Source: Veleropilina oligotropha (lineage: Eukaryota). Taken from it: a stretch of DNA of 64,000 bases. Numbering within the stretch: position 1 is the stretch's first letter; every line of letters starts with the position of its first letter. Below are positions 19,701 through 34,700 of the stretch, piece by piece. Below the pieces are notes generated by a model. That model saw nothing but the letters and a program-made list of their open reading frames with translations. It was not told where the DNA came from and made no database searches. The DNA is taken from positions 310,001 to 374,000 of the forward strand of contig JBEUKZ010000096.1 of NCBI GenBank assembly GCA_048128005.1, given 5' to 3'. Position numbers and translations under genes: made by a program.

Positions 19701-22700
19701 TAATTGCATAAATAATTGCGACAATCTCGCTATGCAAATAAGCGGAATCCACTGTATTGCGAATAATGCGAGTGGCCCATGATCGCAATAATAACATGTC
19801 GCAATATTTTTCTAGGTCTAACTAGATGCTCAGTCACGAGTGACCGCATATGTATCCCCCGGTAATGACCTGTCTAGAGCGATCACAAGGAATTATGTTT
19901 TAAAATCCAAGACAGGGTGCGAAATAAGGGCCTGCCAAAGGCCATTGGCCTTCCATTTTATTCAGATTATCTTAAATAGTGTCCTTGTCGGTTCCGTTGT
20001 GTGCGCAAATCGCAATCGTTTGACGATGCCGCTCAGAAAGCGTTTCATGGCGCCGTTCAACAATACGGCACAGTAAACGAACACCAATCTACCTCAAAAA
20101 TGATCCAACGAACCTCGATCATCTACAGTACATTATAGTATACATTATTATGAATTAAATTAATATTTTGAGCCAAATTGCAATTGCGAACATTGCTTTT
20201 GAGTCCGTCGGAAGTCGGGATCGCAAATGTTGAATTCGCGAAACGGTTTAAACGAACTAAATCCAACTGGTAGCATGAAAATATGATAGACAACACAAAT
20301 ATATATAATGAATTATGTTATCTTTATTTTGTAATAATTATTATTCCAACACGAGGAAAGGATAATCGTTGTAAACTTCAAACCATATTTCATAGTTCAT
20401 TACTTTATTTCTCTGAGAAGTATCAATATATCTACTTAACTATCAACAAAGTTTAGTTCAAGCAAGTTGCTTAATGTTATGCGATTGTTTTGACTGGAGT
20501 TCGACCGTTGGAGATGTGCCAAAAGTGAACCTCTGATCTCGAAACCGAGCCTTATATGGCGTATGCCGACGAGCACAAAGTATGAGGAAGCAGAAAGTGA
20601 ACCTTTGATCTCGAAACCGAGCCTTATATGGTGTTCACCAGGTACAAAACGACATCATTATTGATAAATATTATACGCATGACGAAATAAGTTTTATCTG
20701 TTTAACGTATACATAAGTTCTTTTGTTAAACTGCAGTCTAATAGTTTGCATTCGAGACAACCCGAAATTCGGGAGCCGTTTCGCGAATTCAACATTTGCG
20801 TTCCCGACTTTCGAAGAATTAAAAACGATGTACGCAATTGCAATCAGGCTCAAATTACTGATTTAATTCATAAATTAATAATGTATATATTATATATGGC
20901 CGAGGTTCATTTGACCAATTTTGAGGTAGATGGGTGTTCGTTTACTGTGCGGCTGCCGTATTGTTGAACGGCGTCGTAAAACGTTTTCGATGTGCGCACA
21001 TAACGGAATCGACAAGGACAATATATTATACAGCAATAAAAATAATTTATTAATTAGAGCCGTTTAGTTGAATTCAACATTTGCGCTACTGCTCCCGACT
21101 TCGCCGGACTCAAAAACGAAGTACGCAATTGCAATTAAGCCTAAAATATTAATATAATTCATATTATTTACATTATCGATGTATATTATAGTTGATATAG
21201 GTACGTTGCTGCATACTTGAGGTCGATTGGGGTTCGATTGGGGTTCGATTGGGGTCGATTGTGGTAAATCGACGCACCCGTAATAATTGCAACATATATT
21301 AGCAAGTCGGAACACGTCGAGTAGTCAGACAATACTAGTAAGTCATATATAAAAGGGAATAAAACCAAAACAATTGAAGCCAATAAAATAAATCCTTTAT
21401 ATACGTTTGTGAACATGAATCAGAAAGTCCTGTCGTAATGGAACAATTGCTACTATTTACTTCGTCTTTTTCAGAATTACTCAGCTTAGCACACAATGTG
21501 TAAAGGCTGATTGATTTAGAGATTACATGTACTACTTGACAGCTTCTTGCATCTGCATTCCTACAGGGCTGGACAAATCTCAAAATTTTACACTAGCCCA
21601 GGGCTAGTTAGATTCCAATTTTCACTAGCCCTGCTCTATTTTATACTAGCCCGACTTTTATGACACAAAAAACGATTCAAATGTGTATATTATACAGAAC
21701 AATAGCAATATATTAAATCAACAAAAACAATATAGTTAAACAAATAGCAAAAATATTAAATACTAGTATTTAAAATCGTTGTAGTAATATGTAAATCATA
21801 TGGTTTTAAGTCGATTATCATTTAACAAGACAGTATTGCCATTGGAAAATAACTATTAGCGCTGCAGCAAGGTAAATATATTAAACCAAGACGCATGATG
21901 ATGTGCATGTACTATATGATGCTATTGCATTTCATGAGATTTTGGTAATTTTAAGGAATTTCCAAGTAATTTCATCATTTCTTTTTAATTGTTGATTTAT
22001 ATTTATTGTCTGTATTGTATTTAAAATATATAGCAGAAAATTACAAATTATGAGCAAATGTTAACTTTTGTTTGTGCACACAGTCTTGATTGTGCACACA
22101 GTTTTGTTTGTGCACACATTCAAAAGAATAATATATTATGTTAGAATTTTATAAATGAATTCATATTTTATATCAGCATTGATTAGTTTGAAATAACTTG
22201 TTCAATGTTGCAATATATAAAAAAAATATTAGTTTATGCATGTACACTATATAATAAATTCCCAATAATTGTACTAGTGTTTCTTCAAATACTCACAGTA
22301 ATCCTTGTTTTGATTGGCACATGACGAAGCCTCTATTAAGCCTATCTAAACAATACTGCCAATAAAATACGCATTACTTAATATAGGTCAATTGTAATGG
22401 GACCTGCATTCACCAACCCAAGCTGGATTTAATCCCTTCATCCAGAAAGTAATTATATCAGAAACAGCCCAATACAATTCTTCTGTTAAATTAGAAGTGC
22501 TTTTGTTTATATTACAAGCGACATTTCCGCAAATGGTGCGATAATTTGAGGGACTATTTGAAATCTATCAATGAATGTGAAAGTAGTTCCGAAATTACTA
22601 CACAAAAGCACATGGGTTTTTTGCATGTCAAAACGAAAGTTACTGTCAAACAAACATTCGTCGAGTTCAACAAAGGAACACTTTGAGTGTTGTTTCTGGA

Positions 22701-25700
22701 CTTTTAAGTCAATGAAAGTGGATTACCAAGGAAAGTAAAGACAAGGAGCTTGATGTATGTTAATAAATTAATATTTAGCATTTGAAAGTTTATTGGTTCA
22801 TGTTTACCGACGATGTTAACATGGACTTTATGTGAGTTTCTGACGAGTAGGCCCTATAATAATCTGTAATTCCCGTAGTTGGTCATTACATTTGTGATTC
22901 ATATTTCGTCAGTAATTTACTCCCGCTAAAGTATCACATCTATGATTATTACTGCAATTGCAATATATTATTTATTTTTTGCTGCAAACAAACATACTAG
23001 TCCGCGGGCTATCTCGATATGTAAATACGCTAGCCCGACTCCATAATTTGCGTTTTTTTACTAGTCCCGGGCGTCGGGCTAGTGGATTTGCCCAGCCCTG
23101 ATTCCTAGTTACGAGCTGTTTACATAATCCAAACATTGATCATTGGTGACTTACCCCATCAATAGCATCAGGGTTGTTAATCAAAGGACCGTTATTGGCG
23201 AAACTATTTTCTCAGAAATTCCCGACTATTAAGTTGTTTGTAAAAATGTCAATAGATCGAAAATTGCAATAAATTTTTAACAACTTACAGGGATGAAAAT
23301 AATGTTTTCAGGGCTGAACTTAAAGAACTTCTGGTAACCTATTTTAAAACAGGTTACCGGCATAAATTCATTTCATTACTGGCAGTCACCAAAAATTAAC
23401 ATTCAAGTTTGTCTAACACTGTTTATCTTGAAAATAACATGCATATTCCCTTTAAATTACAATAATCACTATTAACTATTAACATTATTTGATTCAACTC
23501 AAATGTGAAAAAATACTTCAATTAAGGGCAGACACCCCCCTCCCATATACACATATTACTAATAGTTGAAGGATTTCAACTAAACTTGTCATAGTTGCAG
23601 TGCTGTTTGTTTGAGGCGCGTAGTTGCGCTCGCGCGCCATAGCGCGCCTGATTCTGCATGAATTTGCGAGAGTCAAAAGTTGCGCGCCTATAAACGATAT
23701 GATAGATCAATAAATGGACTTGTAAAATCATGTTTAGTTTCATTTTCAATACTTTAATCCACCTAATATCGTTTGCGACGTCGCGGCAATCTTCAACTAT
23801 TATCCGACATTGTTGGGCCTCGACTTCGTCATGGTCTCGCAGAGAGTGTATAAAATACATGTTGACTATTTCCGTACATTGCCGATATGCGTTTATCGGA
23901 GCCCTTCGGTGTTTTCTCGAACTGCTTATCGTCATTTAAATTATTGTCGGCCATTTTCCGGTTTTAAAGCGAAGAGTCTAGCGACTTTCACGCTCACCAC
24001 GCGGAGACCTTTTCACTGCTTCATCAACATTTACGATGAAATAAATATTTAAACACGCGAATAATAGCAGTTTTAGTAACTAAAGTATGAAATTATAATA
24101 CGTTTTAACAGGATATACGTATTGAATGCAAGTCTGTCGACAAGGCGCATTACATTTCAAGGGAGATAATTTAGTGTGACGACTATAATAAGCAGCAATG
24201 GTACGAAATATAATTATATTAAATTTGAATTGTGAAAGTCGATTTCGTTAAAAAACTTGTGTGAAATATAGTATATATACAAATTAGTAAATATTAAATG
24301 AGCATATAAATGTAAACATATATTCTAAATATCCATCGAAGTGTTATTGTAGCCTATCAAGTAGGCCTAACAAAGAAATGTCGAGAATAATTACATAAAC
24401 AATATAGGCCTATTACTTATTAATTAGCTAATTTAATTGTGAAAAGATTGGTTACAACTTACATATTATGTCTAGGCAAACTAGATGTGTTTCAAATTTT
24501 GCATCATTTTCTTTTGCATAACAGTCCAAGCCGATTTTAATATCATGGGCCACGTAGTTGATATTTTAAATTTAACGAATATCAACATTATTAGCCAATT
24601 CCCCATATTAGTATAGTGTATAAAATTTATTCACATTATGACAAAATGGGCCTCAACATCGAAAATTGTTTTTTTTTTTACATATCGCTCACCCAATTTC
24701 GTTTCTTTTAGGAGAGTCAATTGCTCTCCTCGGCATTTTCAGGAGAGTAATTTTTTACTCTCCTTCATTTTACAAACCATCAGCACTGTAGCTTATCAAA
24801 AAAATGTTACAAAAAAATAAATTTGGTTGCCATGGTAACCCAAAATATGTGCCGAAATGACCTACTTTCAATAAAAAATGTTTTTCTCACTAACTATGTG
24901 TGTTGTTGTTCTGTTCATTAGTTTATATCATTGATAGTAATGCAATGCACACTTTGTCAGAGGATTTTTACATTATTATAATTATTATTTTTTTTAGACT
25001 ATTATCGCCCCATAAATAAAATAAATAAACAAGAGCTGTCAGAAGGACAGCATGTTAGACTATCAAAAGCTAGATCGATGAACTTTCAAGGCTGTAGTGT
25101 GAACAGTTTGTGAGAAAAGGCCCTTCATGCAAAATGTTAACCTGAATTGTCTAAGTCGAAAAAGGGGAATAATTTGGTAAAATAACGAAGCCAGATTTAT
25201 TACGCCTGTAATGTAAGGTCGCATAATGACGTTGAACAAGTGTATGAAGTTTGAAAGGTGTAGTGTGAAAAAATTGTGAGAAAAGACCCTTCATGCAAAA
25301 CATTAACCTGACTTGTCCAAGTCAAAAAGGGGAATAATTTGGTAAAACAACGAAGCCAGAGTTATTACGCCTAATATGTAAGGACCATAATGACATTGAA
25401 CAAGTGTATGAAGTTTGAAAGTTGTAGTTTGAAAAATTTGTGAGAAAATACCCTTCATGCAAAATGTTAACCTGAAGTTTGACGCCAACGCCGACGACAG
25501 GGTGACTGCAATAGCTCGTACTATTTTAGAATAGTCGAGCTAAAAATGTGAAAGTTCTATATCTGTAAAATGAGGTTTTAATGTAAACCTAATATTAGTA
25601 TAAAACATACTTACGTCCTTACTCTTGCCATAATAGTATATTATCGCCCAAACCGGAAATGGTGAATATGTCCCATAATGCACCGTTATAAGCCAAAAAA

Positions 25701-28700
25701 GCACACGGTTACCTCCCCTGCTCCTACCCCCCACGTTCCCCAGCGAGACTTCGCCAAGTCTCGTGAGACTTCTGAACAATAGAAGTCACATGACATCAAT
25801 TCAAAGTTCAAAAACCACAAAGGAACGTAGTAGAGGGGAGGAATGCGAAACGCAGGGTGGGTAATCGTGTAAGGACGTAAGTATGTTTTATACTAATATT
25901 AGGTTTACATTAAAACCTCATATATAGTTACAAACATACTTACGTCCTTACTCTTGCCAGAATAACCTTGGATAGGTGGGTAAGACGTTCCTTACAACAA
26001 ACCCAAACAAGATAATGACTTACTTTTCACCAATTCGATCAGCATGAAGCGTCGAGTGTGTCCGCCTAGAGTGGAATTTTTACTGAGTATTGTATTCTAC
26101 TCTTACCAGGCGAGAATTTCGACCAGTGTTACCGGGAGGATACGCCGTGGTGTTAGTCGGACGAGGTGAACGGAAGTGCAATCAGCCCCTGGCACGGCCG
26201 GAAGGATAAATCCCTGTAGGTCTTACGTGTCATGGACCAGTGGCAGCCAAATGGGACTCCGGGCCTATAGGCCGGTAGCCAGAGGATGCAGTCGGATTTG
26301 TAAGCACACGGAACCTAACAGGTTGTGAAAGCTTTAAAATCAAAGCAAAGAATTAATAGATTATATAATAATCGATATTAATAAGTAGTTCGCATGACCA
26401 ACTTGCGAACGCTAACATGGACGACATGTCACTTAAAATAAATTTTAAGGAAGCAAAAATGTTCGACATGTTACTTAAAAATAAATGTTAAGGAATCAAC
26501 ATTTTAAATGTATTGAACATCGTATGTTCGATTACAGCAAAGAACATAATAATATTGAACCCTAATCTTTTTAAGATTTGTGCAAAATTATCAAAGTTGT
26601 TTTATTAAATTCAATGTGATCTGGCTTATGTCAACACTCAGTCTGACATGAGAAGTACAAAATCTTAAATTAGATTTAAGAAATGAACAGACATTGAACT
26701 GCCCCATAGGTGTTAATTACATAGCACCGTTTGGCCAACGAAAATAAAATGGCGTCAGTAAATATGCAAATGATCAATCAGAGAACAATAGGCTACTTAC
26801 TGATTAGAAGACCTCGGTCTAACAATAACCCGTTGTGCAGCAACACAGTGTAAACTGCTTAGGCCATCAGCCCCGGTTGAGTAGTCGCGCAGATAATGTT
26901 TGACAAACACGTTAGCGTTTTTCCAATATCCGGCCTGTAGTAACGCATTGATATTTAAATTATGTCGGAAGGCTACAGACGCTGCAATGGCCCGGACCTC
27001 ATGTGCGCGGACCGATAAAATAGTTCGGTCGTCGTCATCACAACGGATGTAAACATCTCTCACAGTTTGTGAAATCCACCGCGAAACAGTAGTCCTCGTA
27101 ATGTCGCGGGTGTAGGAGGGCAAATACGATATGAATAAACGTAATTTTCCCTGTCGCAACTCACGGGTTCTGTCTAGGTAGAATCGAAGCGCCCGGACCG
27201 GGCAATTGAAGCGGTCTGCGTCGCGCCTTCCGACTAGCGTTAGCTTGGGAATAACAACATCGGGTGCGTCCTCGTTCGGCCGCTGGTTCTTGGCTAAGAA
27301 GCCCAGAATGGGACGTAGTATCACCGACCCGTCTGACTGGAATCGTATGTCTCTTAGCTCGGAGGAGAAAGCATGAATCTCGGAACAACGCCTGCCCGAC
27401 GCTAAGGCGATCAGAAAAACTGTTTTGTGCGTCAAGTTCCTCATGGTTATCTCGGACATCGGCTCATACGGGGGTAAGAGTAATGCGTTAAGAATAAGTA
27501 CGATATTCCAGGCAGGTGGCTTAATTCTTCGGGTCGGTATCTCGAGTTCATAAGATCGTATAAAATCTGATATCGTTCGGTCGCTTGATAGGCCAGCATG
27601 GGCACGACACTGCTTTAGCGTGGTCGCGATCGTTGCCCGATAGCCTTTGACGGCGGACACTGACATACCGCGGTCGAAGAGCGACGATAAAAACTCGATA
27701 AACTTGTTCACAGGGGGACGGAGTATATTGATCTGCCTGCTGTGACACCAATCCACGTACTTAACCCATCGGTAGTCATAGACTTTTGTAGTGGAAATCC
27801 TTCTCGATCGATAGATACGTAAGGCTGTAGCTTTAGAAAATCCTTTCTTAGCAAGGGATCGTTCGATAACCGCCAGGCGTGTAAACGTAAGTGGTTCGGC
27901 GACTCGTGGAGTACACGGGTGCGTGGTTGCATTAACAGGTCTAGTTTCTGCGGTAACGCTAACGGTCGATCGACGATCAGATCGAGGAGGGTCGGAAACC
28001 AAGGTTGCGTGCGATAAAGGGGCGCTATTAGCGTTATCTCGCAACGTTCGGTCGCTGCCTTCTGTAATACCAGTGATAGAATGCACGTCGGGGGGAAGGC
28101 ATACGCGGACAGATTCTCCCATGTCATTGACATTGCGTCGACCGCCAGGGCGGCCGGGTCTGGGTACGGGGAGACATACAGAGGTAGTCGGTAATTGAAT
28201 TCTGTTGCAAACAAGTCGACTTGGGGTTGCGACCACCGGCGGCAAACATCCCGAGCTACTCGGCTGTGTAGCGTCCACTCTGTGTGTATAATCTGTGATC
28301 TCCGAGAGAGCGAATCCGCTCTGACATTCAGCTTTCCCGGGATGTGTCGGGCTCGAATCGTCGAGTTGAGGGACATCACTAAGCGGTGTAGGTCTATTGC
28401 TCGGTCGCATAGGGGACGCGAGCGTGTACCGCCCTGGTGCTGTATGTAAGCGACGACAGTCGTGTTGTCCGTGGCGAGCATTATATGCTTGTTGCGGAGA
28501 TGTGACGAGAGGGACCGTACTGACAGGAAGACGGCTTCTAACTCTAGGAAGTTGATATGTCGTCCCTGAAGGTCTGTCGGCCATAGGCCTGATGTCTCGT
28601 AACTGTCGAGGTGACCACCCCAGCCGTCGTTCGAAGCGTCTGTGAACAGGTAAGCGTTCGGCTCTGGTGGGGATATAGGAACCGACTGGTCCGGCAAAGC

Positions 28701-31700
28701 GGGGTTCAACCACACTGCTGTCGTGTCGGTAAACCAATGCCGTAGATCGATGCGATCCTTCCACTGCCCCGTCCGTTGTATCCAGCGATCCCTGAAAGCC
28801 TGTTGTAACGGTCTTTTGTCCATGCGACCCGTCGGTAGCAGGGGCGCTACCGACTCGATGTGCCCCAGGACAGTGGCCAGTTGTCGCGCCGTAGTTATGT
28901 CCGATGACAGGGTGTCTTGGATAACCGCGCGTAGGTTCCGCATACGCTTCTGGGTCGGCTTCGCGGTGTACCGGACCGTATCGAAGTCGACTCCGAGGAA
29001 CGTAAACGTCGTCGAGGGCACGAAGCAGGATTTTGTCTCGTTGATCTGAAATCCCAGGCGCTTCGTCGATGACAGGGTAAAGCTCGTAGACCGGAGGCAC
29101 AGATCTCGGGACGCCCCGAGGATCAGCCAGTCGTCGAGGTACATATGTACCCTGTGCCCTAGAGAGTGTAGGAAGGCCCCCAGGGCCTGTACTGTTCTCG
29201 TGAAGACGTACGGGGCTGACGATAGACCGAACGGTAGGCACCTGAATTGGTAGATCGTCTCCCCGTGTATAAACCGAAGGTACTGATGAGCCGTGATATG
29301 CATCGGGACATGCAGATACGCGTCGGCGAGATCGATAGACGCTGCCCAGTCGCCCGGACGGATGGCCGCTCGAATCTTCGAGAGGGTTTCTTGCTGGAAT
29401 TTCTCGGTACGAAGATATAGGTTTAGGTACGAGAGATCGAGGATCGGTCTCCAGCGGCCATCGGGTTTCGGGACCAGGAAGAAATGGCTGTAAAATCCTG
29501 GTGTGCTGGGCGGCGCGGGATATATCGCTCTTTTTAGGAGCAAATCCCGCACTGCCTGGTCTAAGACCGCTTGTTTCTCTCCGTTTAGGAGGCGAGCGTG
29601 TCTTGTTGGTGGTGCCTCGGTTAGGGTCGGATGCCGGTTGAATGCCAACTTGTATCCGGCACTCACGACTAAGTGGACCCAGTTGCTGTCTGTCAGCTCT
29701 AGCCAGGGCTGGCTGTGTGCTAACAGGCACGCTCCCACCGGCGGGAGCGGGCAACTGGGGCCGTCGCGAATGCCGGCAGCCCTAGGGCCGAGGCTTCCCT
29801 ATCCCGCTCTGCTTGCGGGATTTCGCTGGAGGTGCTTGCCTCTTTGGAGTGGGTTTATTGGCCGGAGGCCTACCACCCGAAGAGGGCTTCGCACGCTTAG
29901 AAGGCTTCGGGGCCGGGGTGGGCCCGGAGCGCTTCTTCGAGTTGGCAGGTGGACCCCGGGTGGGGAGCAGTACTGCCTTCTCGATGGCACGGTCCTTAAT
30001 GTCCGCCGCTCTCTTGTCAACAAACTCCGTGAAGTTGTCACCAAAGAGAGTGGTGGCCGAGCAAGGTACGCATCGCAACGAGCGCCGGGTGGGCTCGTCC
30101 AGCGAGGTACCTTCCAGGCAAGCATCCCTACGAAGTAGGAGGGCATTGCCCAGGACACGTCCCGTCTCCAACGCGCTGGTCTCCTGCGTGGCAGCAACCT
30201 CCTGGAGGAAGGACAGGGCAGCCTCGGTGGCGCCGGGTCCATTCTCCTGTAATACGGCTATCGCACCGTCTAGGAAAAAATCCTGAACGGACGATAGCCG
30301 CAGAGCCCGTCGGGCGGAGCTCTCGAAAGCTTCCAAGGCGGACCAAGGAACTTTCGCTACGGAGGGAGGGTGACTGGCGGTCAGTCGACGCAACGAAGCG
30401 TCAACACGAGCCGGCTCAGTCGCCAGGCACGGGCCAGTGCATTCGAACGGGATCGCTCGAGTACTGGCCCGGAGGTACCTCCCACTACGGAACCCCGAAG
30501 GGAACTCGTTCAGCGGGGAGGACTCCACCGGATTGCGCCCCTGAACGAGCTTGGTGATCGAGTCTACAACAAGATCCACCAGCCCGGACTGAGGTAAGGA
30601 GGGGAGCTCGGGGGCTTCCCTCGCAACAAACCGATGTGCTGCCGTCCTATGCTTGGCTACGTCTACAGCCGACCGAGTCGGTTCCGACAAGCCAAGCACC
30701 CCGCGAAGTGACGCAACAGCGTCGAGCCTTCGGCGGGTGGAGGAGGTCGGCTCCTGCGTGCCTGTAAGACTAATGTCTTCGGACCCGACCGATTCAGGGA
30801 GGTCGGTGTGATTTGAACAGAGATCCTCGTCGGAACGAGGGTCGATGTCTATCACTGAGGCAGGAGCCGTGCTCTGCGCCATGGGCAGAAGTGTAGGTAC
30901 CAGGTGCGGCTCGGGAGCCGTCGGCCAGGCCTTACACCGTTCCTCGATCCCCGCCGCGATCCATGCCTGGACGTTCTCAAAAGAGAAACCCGGAGGCAGG
31001 ACGGGCGACGAACTAACAGCCGGTAGTTCTGTCGAGGTAACCGTGGCGCTAGGTAGACGGGCTGCATTGACAGGTCGAACCGAGGACCAGGGTCCACGGG
31101 CACTTGTCGAGGGGTCGAACCCGAAGGACTGGCCCGGAGGCGCAGTCAGTGGGCCGGACGACCGATAGGACTGCGGCAACAGTTCTGATCGGTCTACCAC
31201 TCTGTTCGAGCGAGGCACGGACGGAAAACCGCCGTAGAACCCCGTCCCGAACGCAGCCGGTCTGTCCACGTTCTCTAGCGTGACCACGGTGGGTGCACGG
31301 GAGAGACCGGGCCCTCTGAATGTCTCGTGAGCTTCGAGGTTGAGCGGAAAACCCCTAGGGGAAGTCGCATCGTTCTCGACCGAGGATTCAGGTTTCGCCG
31401 ATTGTCCGAGTCTTAGACCTACAAGTAGGTGCCCGGCCTCTTTAAAGGCTTTCTCTGCATTGGGTCTGTCACCGTAGGAAGACGGTGAGTTTCCCGCAGA
31501 AGGACTAACTGTCCCCTTATTCTTCGAGGCCGAAGAAAAGGATGGGGATGGTCTGCCCTGTACAGCTGTTCGCTGCGCTGTCATGTATACCTTGCTAGCC
31601 GGCAAGGTATGGCTGACTGCAGCTACTAGGCCCGGTTTTGGAGGATCGGTCGACACTCGGGTCTTTACCTGAATCTTGGGTACCGGCAAGGTTTCGGTGA

Positions 31701-34700
31701 CTCTCCCAAGAGTCGCGGAGGTTTCGCCGGTGGATCCGGCGACAGACGTCCCCTTGTGTCGGCTGTCGGCCAGCGTCCCTGAAGCAGACAAAAAAGAAAC
31801 GTTAGGTAACTTACCAGTCTCTTCCTGACCCTTCTCCGGGGGAGGACCCACCGTGGCAGTCGCCCTGGTCGACTTACCGTGGTGAGACAGGGTTGCCCAC
31901 TGCTTATCTGATAGAAGAAAGCACAGATCACATTGATGATGTATACTACAGCTACGGTGAGTACAACATTCCTTGTGCCTATCAAATGCGTGAATTTTCT
32001 GGTTACACCCGGAGCTACTGCACCGGACCATAGCTAAATACACGGGAGGGTGGACGTGGGTAGACGGGGTAGATAAATAGGTATATATAAGGTAGTTGAG
32101 ACTTCTTTCCTTGGAGGGAGTACTACGACAACTCACAGAATTGTCCTGATCTGAAGATTAGAGATCAAGCGATATACCGTTATTAGAACCCCGAACTGGG
32201 AACACCGAGGTCGGGTATTTTACCCGACCGACCCGGTAACCCGGCAAATTGACTAAAACAAAGGGGGGTTCTTTCCTCGAAAAAACCCGCCCAGAAAAAC
32301 ACCTGAAAACCTCGTGGATGTTTTAAGTTAGTACAATGGCGTATTATCCCAGCAACGGCAGGATATCAGAAGATTAACGCAAGCTTAATATCAAAAGATC
32401 CTGCCTTTTAACAACGCTAGAAATTTTTATATATATAATAAATAACCAGCAAATAGCGTTGTTAAGGAATTATCCAATATAATGAGTTACCTGTTTTGCA
32501 GTCTCAAACAATATCAGATAATTATACAGACCAGAAATTTCAGCTACCACACGAAACTTTCCCTCTAAGCGGCCATCTTTAATGGCCACTGGCGTCCTTG
32601 ACGACGATGTCTGTTTCCTTTGATGTCCAGAACTTCCTCGAAGTTTTGAGAATCACTCTTCTTATATTCACATGTGTTTTATATCCACAACACTGTTATA
32701 TTCCACTACTTATATACTATATAAGTAGAAACTGCGCCCTGATTTAACGTGAAATCGGGCGCCTATATCGAAATATTTGCGGAGCAAAAACAACGTCTTT
32801 CCGCGGCAGCGGAAAACTTTGAATTGATGTCATGTGACTTCTATTGTTCAGAAGTCTCACGAGACTTGGCGAAGTCTCGCTGGGGAACGTGGGGGGTAGG
32901 AGCAGGGGAGGTAACCGTGTGCTTTTTTGGCTTATAACGGTGCATTATGGGACATATTCACCATTTCCGGTTTGGGCGATAATATACTATTATGGCAAGA
33001 GTAAGGACGTAAGTATGTTTGTAACTATATATCATTATTATTGAAAATGTAGCCAAATCCCTCTGACAGATTGTGCATTATTATGCATAGAAACAAAGTG
33101 GAAAATTTCATGCAGTTATCTACAATACTTTTTGAGTTAGACATTTTTATGCTTACCAATATGTGCGAAATCGCATTTTGAGGAATCGAGGAGTAAAGGC
33201 AAAAGAGTTCAAAATGGTTGGTATATTCATGAAAATTGTCCAGTGCATCATATAAATACAGTTTATACTATTTTTGTGTAAGCCAGGACTGTCAATGAAG
33301 ACCAGCTCCATACAATTCTCCCTCCTCTTCTTGAAGCCTAGCTGTGCGCTTCATTGGAGTGGCTTTGGACTTTCGCGACCTTTTGTACGCGGCTAAGCTC
33401 TGGCGTTCAGCCTTGTCTATCCGAAGCTCATTCTCATTTTCCACTGCTGCAAGAGTAATTTCTGTCGGTTCAATAGCTAGGTTCTCCATTACTTTTGTAA
33501 GATGATTTGCACCCTCATTGAAACGAGCAATGACAGCAGCTACTGCCAAGTCAACCTTTCTTTTCCCCACAAATACAGTTTTTGGACACCGAACCTATAT
33601 CAGGTTATTCAAGCTCTCATTACTGTTTTGGGTCTTTCCATGTAGCATTCGTGCGAGAAGATTTGGGTCAGACATGCGCTTATAAGTTGGTAGAAGCTTT
33701 TGCACAACATCTGCTGTAAGAGGAGTTTTCAGTGCGTCCTTGTGCGAGGGAGGGTCATCACCTTTTGCCTCTGCACGTCAGAACTGGCACCAGCTAGCTT
33801 CGCCTTCGGGACATCGATGGTGTTGAGGAGTTTCATCTGTAGACGTACAGTGCATCAGTGAAGCCCATATAGCTGTGCGCATTTTGTCGGCATTATCAAG
33901 ATTATTGACTATCGCACCCCGATAATAATTTTGAAGGGAAATACATTTGTTTTTCGTCAGACGCCCATAACCTCTGCCACCAAGTCGTTGTTCAGTACTT
34001 TGTTTGATAAGTGCAGTGCCCATCCGTTTATGACAGTGATTTATACATTCTAACTTGTCAATAACTGTCTCCCCATAGGGCTTAGCATTACAAACTGCTT
34101 TATAAGCCGACGAATCGCCATCAGAAATGACGCAGGTGTATCGAAGTCTATATCGTTCTATACTGCGCGACCAAATCCGTACTGCAGCCACCTGTTCCAT
34201 GGATTTACTAGAACCTGTGTGGTTGATAGAGCAATCAGCAGCATAGGCAGCTCTCCATTCTTCTGTTCTTATCCCACGATTATCTGCTAGGGCGCATGCG
34301 TGACAATAATTTGACAAAACTTCATAATCAATTACATAGCCAGTGTTGATTTCAATTGCAGTTCCGACACCGTAATGTGAAGTAAAACCTCGTTTGTGCC
34401 ATCAAAGGATATTGATATATCAATTATCCCATCTACATCTAAATCTGGATCTAAATCGCAATAGCACTTTCTAATTATGTCGGCAGAAGTTGAAAGGACC
34501 TCTGCAGCTGCTGAATAATAAGCATCTTGCACCTTTTTAGTACCTTTCTGAAATGATTTCAAGGTTATATTTTTCAACCCAAAAACAGTCGAAAATTTGC
34601 GTACAGCGTTAAAACCCTGACCAATCTCCTTCGTGAAAATGGATATCCATCTATTTGCTTCAAATGCGACATTCACTTTCGAAGATTTACCTATTCGCGG

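Larger units (their letters stand above)
14752..19754. mobile_element. Tc1/mariner (pogo/Tigger-like) non-autonomous element hosting the hAT insertion
   Basis: TA|CAGTGGATTCCACTCAATTGCATA ... TATGCAAATAAGCGGAATCCACTG|TA; subterminal CGCTTAATTGCAT repeats at both ends. Confidence 0.8.
25571..33028 (-). mobile_element. DIRS1-type retrotransposon, copy 2 (full length, ORFs intact)
   Basis: Near-identical to copy 1; ITRs ~25603-25808 and ~32815-33020; ICR ~25869-25959; different flanks. Confidence 0.97.

Noticed and set aside
23576..24052. ORFs 23576-23935 and overlapping ones as a KolX-like accessory gene
   Set aside because: No recognisable motifs, and they lie inside a separate MITE-like insert.
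25571..33028. Second DIRS copy as an assembly artefact or segmental duplication
   Set aside because: Flanks differ, boundaries coincide with element ends, and each copy has its own internally consistent ITR variants.
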